A stretch of 64,000 bases of DNA. It comes from Methanomassiliicoccaceae archaeon UBA71 (lineage in GTDB: Archaea > Thermoplasmatota > Thermoplasmata > Methanomassiliicoccales > Methanomethylophilaceae). The stretch is from positions 19,189 to 83,188 of the forward strand of contig DARO01000006.1 in assembly GCA_002504405.1 (NCBI GenBank), given 5' to 3'. The translations under genes and the position numbers were made by a program. Position 1 is the first letter of the stretch, and the number at the start of each line of letters is the position of its first letter. The notes under the pieces were generated by a model. It saw nothing but the letters and a program-made list of their open reading frames with translations, did no database searches and had not been told where the DNA came from. This document shows, one piece after another, positions 40,288 to 49,300 of this stretch.

Positions 40288-40758
40288 TCACTCATCTCCG
40301 TTCCAAACAGGTTTGATGGAGTACCTCTCCAGCGGGGAGGATACGGATGCGGCCTCCTCCTTGTAGCCGGCGGCGAGAAGGCAGACGGCGAGGAGCCAGC
40401 GTGCCTGCACGCCGGCGTAGGTCGGATTGCATGACGGGAGGGATGCAGGCATCGGCCTCGGCGGGCCGTCCCTGCCTGATGCCTTCACCAGCACGTCGCC
40501 CGTAGGGTCGAACGGCTTCTGAGGGACCCCTTCCGTAAGCGACCTGAACACGCTCCTGGACATCTGCAGGGACTCCTCGTACCTGCCTGCCGCCAGAAGG
40601 CACAGCGCCTTGTTGTACCTGCACGGGGCAGGGTCCGATTCGCCGACATTCTGCAGCAGGAACCAGGCCCCCGCCACATCCCCCGAGGCCAGAGCCGCGT
40701 AGGCGGAATAGCCGTCCACGACGGCCGGCCTGCTATGATCGTTTCCTATGAATCCCAT
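40288..40758 (-). CDS. TPR-like helical protein
   Basis: RYNKALCLLAAGRYEES motif, co-transcribed between two ankyrin genes. Confidence 0.65.
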   Translation of the reverse strand: MGFIGNDHSRPAVVDGYSAYAALASGDVAGAWFLLQNVGESDPAPCRYNKALCLLAAGRYEESLQMSRSVFRSLTEGVPQKPFDPTGDVLVKASGRDGPPRPMPASLPSCNPTYAGVQARWLLAVCLLAAGYKEEAASVSSPLERYSIKPVWNGDE

Positions 40759-40767
40759 GATACGACC

Positions 40768-41425
40768 TCAGATCATCAGTTCAAGGACGGACTCCATCCC
40801 TGCCGCGGCTGCCATCTCAGCGGCCGTCTTCCCGGAATCGTCGGGAATGTCCGAGCGTGCCCCCTTCTTCAGTAGATAGCGGGAGGCCTTCTCGTTCCTC
40901 CAGGATACCGCCATGTGGAGTGCTGTGCTGCCCTGCGGGCCCTTGCGGTCCATCTCCGCTCCGGCCGACACGAGTGATTTTACCGCCTCGTAGTGGCCGT
41001 TGGAGCATGCGGACATCAGCGGGGTCATCCCCTTGTTGTCCGCATTGTTCGGATCCGCGCCTTTGGCCAGGAGCGCCGCCGAGAACCCGAAGTCGTCGTA
41101 CCTGTAGTCGCCCACGGCCTTCATCAGCGGAGTGCGCCCGCCCTCGTCCGGAACATCCGGGTCCGAGAGGCCTGCCATGATCTCGACCTTGCGCTTGTTG
41201 ACGGCGTCCTTTCCCGGTATGCTGTCGTACTCGCGGCAGTAGTGGGTGGTGGGCCCCATGACTGCATAGTGCATGCAGTTCCTCCCGTGGTTGTCCCTCC
41301 TCGCGGGATCCGCGCCTTTGCTTATGAGCGCGGTCGCTCCCTCCGCGTATCCTATCAGGCACGCCAGATGCAGGGGCGTCGTGCCGTCGAAATCTATCAC
41401 ATGGCGTCAGCACGACCCTCCATGG
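40768..41425 (-). pseudogene. Ankyrin repeat gene, 5'-truncated and frameshifted
   Basis: The ORF starts mid-repeat (VIDFDGTTPLHLAC). The adjacent frame supplies the missing ...EGRADA just upstream, implying a 1-nt loss; no further ankyrin sequence beyond ~41425. It could still be expressed from the GTG at 41400. Confidence 0.6.
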
Positions 41426-41603
41426 GTTCGAATCCTGGAAGGTCTTCCAATTTCCTGTCGGTTATGATATAGCACATGATATCATGAAAATAAGGGAGAT
41501 ATTGCTTCCCTGGTTTCACATTAGATTGCTGGTTGAACAGACGTCTTGTCCCATCTGTCGTATTGCCGGTACAGTCCTCTGCTTTTTGCCTTCATCCGGC
41601 TGT

Positions 41604-42503
41604 TCAATTGTCGATCATCAGGGCCAGGCATATCTGGTCGTAGCCCATGTCCACATCCCCTATGCCGTTGTAGCAAAGGGCATCCTGGGTCGTGTTGCAG
41701 CAGATCCTGTAGAGGCGGACCGGCCTGTCAGCGTATCTGCTCCCGTCGACAACCATCGGGATCGTCGTGAATCCACCTGACGTCCTTTCAGCACACAGCT
41801 CCGCTGACACCATCGCCTCAAGCGTTTTGGGGAATCCGGACCTCCATTTGTAGGACGCGTTGTCTTCATCCGGAGGGACGGATGCGGATGCATCCATGCA
41901 TCTTCTGTAGTCGTGCACGGTGATCATGGTCGGGAAGTTCCCTGCAGACCTGACAAGGTCCCCCACCGTCGTTCCCTCCTCCGGGATGTATCCGATGCAC
42001 GGATACTCGTTGATCCTCCTGTCACTGCCGATCCTGTCCAGGAGTCCGGTGTCGTGTAGAATATCGCGTGTGCCGGAATCCACGAAGTGGTACAGGGTGT
42101 CCCCGTTGAACCTGTTGTATGTGTGCATGGGGGTCATCCCAGGGTCTTTGAAGGACACATCTATGGTGGATACCATGGTCTCCGGATCTAGGGACTCCAT
42201 CAGTTCCTGATTGTATAGCACCATGTGCATCCCATGGCCGAGGATTCTGTAGATCAGGAGGAACAGTACACAGTACTTATCATCCAGAGTGGATACGGTT
42301 TCGTAACCGAACCAGTCTATATCGGTTCTCAGAAGGCAGTTGATCCTTTCCGATTGATACGATCTCCTCTTCTCATCGCGGGGACACCTGCGGAGTATCG
42401 CAAGATCCCCATGGAACAGGGCATCTCCCAGCTCCGGTCTGTCCTTCATCCAAGTCCTGGTCTCCAGGAATTCTTCCATGGGAAAGCTCGAGTAAAGCAT
42501 CAT
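41604..42503 (-). CDS. Hypothetical protein (paralogue of 42912..43757)
   Basis: 299-aa ORF sharing motif blocks with the neighbouring ORF. Confidence 0.65.
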   Translation of the reverse strand: MMLYSSFPMEEFLETRTWMKDRPELGDALFHGDLAILRRCPRDEKRRSYQSERINCLLRTDIDWFGYETVSTLDDKYCVLFLLIYRILGHGMHMVLYNQELMESLDPETMVSTIDVSFKDPGMTPMHTYNRFNGDTLYHFVDSGTRDILHDTGLLDRIGSDRRINEYPCIGYIPEEGTTVGDLVRSAGNFPTMITVHDYRRCMDASASVPPDEDNASYKWRSGFPKTLEAMVSAELCAERTSGGFTTIPMVVDGSRYADRPVRLYRICCNTTQDALCYNGIGDVDMGYDQICLALMIDN

Positions 42504-42911
42504 CGAATCACGATTTCATGGGTGCTCCATAGAACGCATGTGCGGGGTATTTTCCTTTATCGTCGTTCAACGGATGATGGTGGTGATTCATACCTATTTC
42601 CAGTTCGTTCCCTGGTCTATCGTGTTTGATAGGTTCACCATTTGATGCGCTTGAAACCATGTTTTTTTGCAACCAGATCTCTAGGAGTATGTACGCCGAG
42701 CCCCTTTCCCCGATCCCCAAGTTTATTCTCATCCGGTATGTTCATAATCGCCATTGCATATTGAATCTCAATCAAGTAATTCGAAACATACACCATATGC
42801 GTTTCTACGTCGACATACGCCATATAGAACAGACTGCTTGACTTATTTGATCATATTCACTGTCGCCAATATCTGAGGGAGGTCGGGCTTGCGCCCTGTT
42901 TCAGGAGGAAC

Positions 42912-43757
42912 TCATTCCGTATCCTCGACTATGGCTATCAGCACTATCAGGTCCCATTTGTAGTCCTCACAGCCCCGGGTCCTGATCTCCTTCAGTTCGG
43001 TGATGTCCTTCGACACGAATCCGGTCCATCCCCTGCGGCGGATGCCGAACCGAGGCACGATCCCGTAGCTGTGCACGATTGCATCCGGAAAGAGCGGTGG
43101 GCTGCCGGCCGATTGCACGTCGATGGGGTCGATACCATTTGTCCATATCGGGCGGTCGGACTCCATCGCCTCCTCTATGAATGGCTGGACGTCCCCGTGC
43201 CTGTACGTAAGCACGACGTTGACGAGATTTCCGACTCTTCTGACTAGTTCCGATAGCGTCATCCCCTCCTCCGATTTGTAAGGGGACCATGGGACCTCCC
43301 CTCTGAACTCGTACGGCTCCCCCATCAGGGAGAGGGCGTCGGAGTCACGCTGCTCCGCCACACCACCGGAGTCCGTGAACACGTAGATGATGTCCCTGCG
43401 GATCCTGCAGGCTGGCATCACCCCGCGGTCGAGCGGCCGCTTGGATATGTCCACCCTGGCTACCGGGTACGAGTCGAAGAAGCGTCTCACCTGCGACCTG
43501 TCCGCGAAGGCCATCGCCTTCCCGTATCTCAGGTACTTGATGGCTAGCGCCAGCTGGGGGACGATCCCGTACTCCAGGGTGTAGTACGCGAACATCAGCC
43601 CGTGTCCGAAGATGTCCTCCAGGAGGCCGATGTCCTCATCGGAAAGGTCAATGCGTTCGATGTCAAACGGCCCGCACACCATCCGTTCCTGATGCCAGGG
43701 GTTGCGTCCGATGAACTCCAGGCCCTCCAATTCTCTGTCAGTCAATATGATCGTCAT
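42912..43757 (-). CDS. Hypothetical protein (paralogue of 41604..42503)
   Basis: 281-aa ORF sharing motif blocks with the neighbouring ORF. Confidence 0.65.
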   Translation of the reverse strand: MTIILTDRELEGLEFIGRNPWHQERMVCGPFDIERIDLSDEDIGLLEDIFGHGLMFAYYTLEYGIVPQLALAIKYLRYGKAMAFADRSQVRRFFDSYPVARVDISKRPLDRGVMPACRIRRDIIYVFTDSGGVAEQRDSDALSLMGEPYEFRGEVPWSPYKSEEGMTLSELVRRVGNLVNVVLTYRHGDVQPFIEEAMESDRPIWTNGIDPIDVQSAGSPPLFPDAIVHSYGIVPRFGIRRRGWTGFVSKDITELKEIRTRGCEDYKWDLIVLIAIVEDTE

Positions 43758-43954
43758 CAGCTAGGCGTCCCAGAGAATGAATGGACTTTATAACCGCTAT
43801 CCTTGTTTAAAGCATGATAGTGGTTTATGAACATCTTTGTATGACTCTCGACATTGTCAGGTTTGTCGGTCGGCATCATGCTGGCTACTGTTCCGAATGT
43901 GCCTTTCGCATTCTCTTCGTAATATGTGTATATTCCTATCTCAGAACAATCCAT
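43757..43954 (-). CDS. Small hypothetical protein or gene fragment
   Basis: 65-aa ORF with a TGATG overlap to the next gene, in a low-GC, fragmented region. Confidence 0.3.
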   Translation of the reverse strand: MDCSEIGIYTYYEENAKGTFGTVASMMPTDKPDNVESHTKMFINHYHALNKDSGYKVHSFSGTPS

Positions 43955-44529
43955 ACACTTTAAAATCGCAGAAGCCGGGGTGTCAGGGATCTTATCCTTG
44001 GAGATGTGGATTTTCCGTCTTCTCCGTCTGCTAGATCGATAAAAGCCAAGCTGTACTGGGGATTGTTCATATCATTCTCCTTCATGTCAAGAAGGTCCTC
44101 GGCAACCCGAGGACCCCCGGGGAGAACCGCGAAGCGGTCATATCGTATGTGCTCAACCATCCGGAGAAGTTCACGCCTCTCGAGGAGAACACAGACGACC
44201 CGATCCGGAACGAGTGGGCGTCCAAGATGAACGGACCAGCAGATTTCGGCTTCATGAGAGCTTTCAGGGGGAGATACCTGTAACCGAACCGGGCCGTCAG
44301 GCCCATCTTATTCATGTCATATCCATCTTCTTCATCTTCTACATTTCTTCTACGTGCTAATGTAGAAGATGTGTAGAAGATACATGGATGATGTTCGGAA
44401 CATCTTTCCATTATGTTGTTGTCGTTTTCTGGAGAAGTTCGACAGTCCTCCTATTGTCTCAATGTAACCTCTTTCAGCAATCATAATGAACAATCCAGTC
44501 CTTACACCCAGGTCGTTGCAGGTGATTCC

Positions 44530-45894
44530 TTGGAAAGGCAGAATGTTGAGTGGAAGAGGCAATGGGACGACAAATTCCTGAGGCAGATATGCGGTTTCGC
44601 CAACAGCGAAGGTGGTGTCATGAAGGTCGGTGTCGAGGATGACGGCACCGTGGTTGGTGTCAAGGACCCCAAGTCCGACATGAAATCCATTACTGACACC
44701 ATCGCCAACAAGCTCTCCATCTATCCGACCGTGGATGTCGATGAGAATACCAACGTCATCACCATAACCGTCCAGAGATCCCCCGTCCCTGTCGACCTCG
44801 ACGGAAAGTTCTACATCCGCACAGGCAACACCACACATGCCGCCGCGGGCAGGGAGTACGACATGCTGGTCTCCAGGAGGCTCAACATCTCCTGGTCCGA
44901 GATGCCGATCGACGGCCTGGACATCTCCTGTCTCGATGCTAACGCCATCGACTTCTTCCGCAAGAAGGCTAGGGCCAAAGGGACGATCAGTTACGAGAGC
45001 CTCGATGTGTCGGACAGGGATCTTCTGATGAAACTGAAGCTCATGACCAGGGATGGTGTCCTCACCCGTGCGGCGATACTCCTGTTCCACCCCAATCCCG
45101 AAGATGTTATCCTCGGCTCTGCAGTGAAAGTCGGGATGTTCGAGGGTACCGACAGTCCCGAGATCCTATACCAGGATTACGTCAGCGGCCCTCTGATATC
45201 GATGCCGGACCGTCTATGCGATCTCATCAACATAAAGTACTCCAAGAAGAGGATCTCGTACAAGGGCCTGAATATGGTGGAGACACCGCCATTCCCGGAG
45301 AAGAGCCTGAGGGAGGCGATACTGAACGCAGTGATGCACAATGACTACGGCTCCGGGATTCCCATCCAGATCCGCATATGGGAGGACAGGATGAGGATCG
45401 CAGACAACGGCGGCATCCCGTACAATTGGACCGAGAAGGACCTGATGGAGGACCACGAGTCCGTGCCTGTAAATCCGAGCCTGGCCAACGTATTCTTCCT
45501 GGCGGGTTTCGTGGAGGGCTGGGGGAGGGGGATCCAGCGCATCATGGATGGATACAGGGATCATCCTGACAAGCCTCCGACGTTCAAGGTCAGCCACCAG
45601 TCGTTCACCGTCATCCTCAGGAATGTCAATTACAGACTTGGGGACGATATTCCCGAAGATGTGCCCGTTGCGGAAACCGGTACCGTACCCCTGCTGAGAT
45701 TCCTGGACCATCCGGAAGGCAGGTCATCCCGTGAGATAGCCGAGTTCCTGGGTGTTGCTTCCACGAACGTTGCCACCAGGAAGATCACCCCTCTTATCGA
45801 TCGCGGTCTCGTCGAACGTACTGTCCCGGATGCCATCCGCAGCAAGAATCAGAGGTATCGCATCACGTGCCTTGGGGGGAGAAAGATACAATAA
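44530..45894 (+). CDS. Schlafen/AlbA_2 domain + HATPase_c_4-like domain + C-terminal winged HTH protein
   Basis: ERQNVEWK...ICGFANSEGG...GVEDDG (AlbA_2), LREAILNAVMHNDY...NPSLANVF...GRGI, and RSKNQRY. GGTGAT ribosome-binding site before TTG at 44530. Confidence 0.88.
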   Translation: MERQNVEWKRQWDDKFLRQICGFANSEGGVMKVGVEDDGTVVGVKDPKSDMKSITDTIANKLSIYPTVDVDENTNVITITVQRSPVPVDLDGKFYIRTGNTTHAAAGREYDMLVSRRLNISWSEMPIDGLDISCLDANAIDFFRKKARAKGTISYESLDVSDRDLLMKLKLMTRDGVLTRAAILLFHPNPEDVILGSAVKVGMFEGTDSPEILYQDYVSGPLISMPDRLCDLINIKYSKKRISYKGLNMVETPPFPEKSLREAILNAVMHNDYGSGIPIQIRIWEDRMRIADNGGIPYNWTEKDLMEDHESVPVNPSLANVFFLAGFVEGWGRGIQRIMDGYRDHPDKPPTFKVSHQSFTVILRNVNYRLGDDIPEDVPVAETGTVPLLRFLDHPEGRSSREIAEFLGVASTNVATRKITPLIDRGLVERTVPDAIRSKNQRYRITCLGGRKIQ

Positions 45895-46326
45895 CATCAC
45901 TAGACAATTCCTGCAACCCGTCTATTCTCCAATAAGAGCAAGAACAACAAGCCTGAATATGAATGTCAGGAAATTTATAAATTTATTAAAAAAAATTACG
46001 AACAGGTCTGAGGCCAGGCCCGAAAAGTCATTCTGCGGATGGAGCCGCCTCAAGAAAATTGGGTTTTCCGGATGTGCGGCAGCTCCGGCTGCGGGGGTTT
46101 GGCAGCGTAAGCTATAAAGAATCACACGAAAATCAACAATTCAGCGCTCGTTTTCGTAAAGGAAAGAGAAGGCGCCGACGGGCCGATATGCGCGCGGAGC
46201 GTACCCCGTAAGAGCACGTGAACAGGAGGGGTCTGTTCTCCTCATCTTTCGGTGTCGTCATCCTTGGTTCAGAATCCGCAAATCTGTAGAATCGACCGTA
46301 TGCGGGTCTGGAATGTCAAGTGGTTT

Positions 46327-46346
46327 GACGGGGGAGATCCCCCGTC
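46327..46346 (-). terminator. Hairpin after the large adhesin
   Basis: GACGGGGG-AGAT-CCCCCGTC. Confidence 0.6.
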
Positions 46347-46356
46347 GTCTGAGGTT

Positions 46357-49300
46357 TCAGTGCTTCCTGTGCAGGACCACCACGGCTACGGCCACGATCG
46401 CCACGGCCATGACGGCCGCTATGCCGGCGTAGAGCAGGGTATCGTCTCCGCTCTCGGACGCGGGGAGGTCGTCAACCACGAACAGCGAGAAGTGGTCGGT
46501 CTGGAAGACGAACGACCTCAGGGCCCGGTCGTACACGGAATCCATGAACGTGCGGACCCCGTCCCCGTCGATGTAGAACACGCCGAGGGAGGAGGGGTCG
46601 GACCCCATGATGTCGGCATAGGGTATGGTGACGGTCACGGTGCCTCCCAGAAGGTGGACGATGTCGGTCCCGACGGTCGCCGTGAGCGTCACGCCGAACC
46701 TGTCGCCCTTGGCGGACAGCTGCGCCTCGGTGAGTTCCGAGTCGTCGGACTCAGCCATCCTCACGGTGACGTCCTCCCCGGGCTCGGTCAGTGTTCCGAC
46801 GACGTCCCGGTCCAGCTGCATGGACCCGGTCTCGCTGATGACCCTGAACTCCGCCCCGGTGCCGGCTATCGCCGACATGGACTCGGGGCTGAGGGTTACG
46901 TCGGTGCCGGAGCCGGTCCCGATCTGGATGACCCTGTCGGGTGACTCGGCGGATACCTTCTCAGATACGGCGTCGGACTGGGCGACCGCCTGCTGTATGA
47001 GGGCGTCGTCTATCCTCCCGGAAGAGGATACGGAGACGGTGGTGCTCACAGTGGTGCTTCCCGATTCCGTCGTGGCTTCGGTCCTCACGTCCCCGTCGTC
47101 GGACTCTGCCCTGACGGACTCGGTGGACGAGGTCACGTTGCCGTCGGCGTCCTTGACCTCCGTGGTCTCGGACGTCACGGTCCCGCCATCGATCCTGGTC
47201 GTCTCCGTGACCTTCTCAGTGGAGGACGTGACGTTGTCGTCTGCGTCCATGACCTCCTCCTTCTCCACGACCGTCGTCGTCGAGTCGGTCACGGTGGTGG
47301 TCGTTGATGCGGAGGTGGACCCCGTCTTGTTGCCGTCGGCGTCGCTGGTGGTGACGGTGGTGGACGTGACGGTCTCCCTGACGCCGTCCTCCTCCTTCTC
47401 GGATGTCGTCGTCTCGGTCACGGTGGATCCGGTGACGTTGCCCTCGGGGTCCTTCTCCGTGACGGTGGTGGTCTCGGTCTTCGACCCGTCGGGGTTGGTG
47501 GTCGTCTCAGTGGTCGTCTCAGTGGTCGACCCGTCCGGGTGCTCCTCCACATCGGTCCCGGGCTCGTCGGGGGTCACCGGGGGAGTGACCGTCCCTCCGC
47601 CTCCGGACGATGTCCTGGCGAGGCTGTACGTGGTCACACCGTCGACAGTGGAGCTCACGACATGGTAGTAGGACACGCTGTCGGTGACACTCGTGACGGT
47701 CGGGCCCCCCACGACCAGCTTGGCGCTGGTGGACGAGAGGACAACAGACGACACGGTTCCCGTCCCTGTCAGTGTCAACGATCCCCCTACAGTAACGATT
47801 CCGGTTATGCTATGGCTGTTCAGATCCATCTCTACAGTTTCGGAAATCACGTTCACGGGATCCGATAGATCCGTTTCGATAACAACCGCGGAGCCGTCAG
47901 CAGCCTCCATCGCTTCCTGTATGGATGAATAGTTGGTATCACCGACAGTGGCTACAAGCCTGTTGACCGTCCAGACGGTATCGTCACCGTCCATTGTCGG
48001 GGACGAGTAGTATCCATCTGACAGGAATGAATCCGCAGGATTCTCTGTCTCGGAGTGGCCCGGGTCGAAGTTGACGAACGTCCCTCCGCTAACTGCGAAT
48101 GTAGTGTCACTGTTGTCAATCTTGTTGAGAATCCAGTATTTTCCGTTCCAATCAGCGTAGGCAGAGAAGTGCCCTCCATGTATCTCAGCGGAAGATTCGT
48201 CTGCCAATTGAATACATGTGAGACCACAGTTAAACGTACCGTTTTCTATCAATATCTTTGCTTGATCGTACAGTCTGAACGTGTATCCCAAGGAATTGGT
48301 AATCATATATCCGTCGTCAATCGTAAATGTTCCATCCCCGACTATCGTCAGAGATGTTGTGCCAGCAAAGTCAATCACAGCGTTCTCTATTCCGTATCCG
48401 AATGTAACTGTGTGGCCCATCATGTCAAGCGTCAAATCCTTCTCTCCCTGGATACGCAGGCCGGTCCTGTCAGTTATATCGTTTAGTAGAATGATTGTCG
48501 ATCCCGTCGGAGCATTTTGTAATGCGTTGTCCAGAATGACGTACTTGTCTTCACCCACTTGGAATAATGGTTCTCCCACGACATAGTAGTCAGACACACT
48601 TTCAACTTCTACATTTCCGGATACATAGTCGGAGGGATTAGCATCGAAAGCGCCTCCGCGAATCTCGAGGGTCGCAGGAGACGTTATCTGGAATGCTCCG
48701 TAGAACATTCCACCGTTAATCACCACCCCACCTTCGTATTCAGGGTAGGTACCAGTGTCAATTTCCGCACAAATCGATCCGATGTTTCCATAGTAATATC
48801 CGTCTTCTACAGTGATGTATCCACCAGAGGAGAAGACATAGATTGCATGGCCGGCGCTTTCATAGGATCCTCCGTACACTGTAAGGTAACTTCCACCTGA
48901 AACGGAGATTGCAGAACTGCACCAATCGTTGTACCCTGTCTGAATGATGGTACAGTTTATCAATTCGGCCTTTCCCTTCTTTGATTGTTCACCGAGGTCA
49001 GCTTCTGTGACCTCGATTCCTCCTCCGTATGAAGAAATGATTATCACATCGGTCAGGTAGGCTTCGCCTCCACAGACCTTCACATTCATTCCCCAGGGGC
49101 GGCTGTTCTGAAGAGCAATTCCGGTCAGTTTGATTATGCCATTGGATTCGACACGGAATGTTCCGAATGCACCTTCTCCTTCCGAGGTGGTTGTCCCACT
49201 GCCTGTGGCGATAATCTTTCCGGTTTTTTCTGCACTACTGTCTATGACATTAAGGATGCCTGATTCGATTTTGAATGCACGGTTGTTGACATTCTTGCCC

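Noticed and set aside
41421-41449. GGGTTCGAATCC T-loop motif as a tRNA gene
   Set aside because: No D-arm, anticodon arm or matching 5' acceptor strand upstream, and the T-stem is imperfect. Kept only as a possible junction scar.
46011-46035. GCCAGGCCCGAAAAG as SRP helix 8
   Set aside because: The 3' side (GGG-AGCA) needed for pairing is absent.
47100-47560. Repetitive DNA in the adhesin as a MITE or CRISPR-like repeat
   Set aside because: It is the coding T/E/D-rich stalk (DADGNVTSST-type peptides) within an intact ORF.
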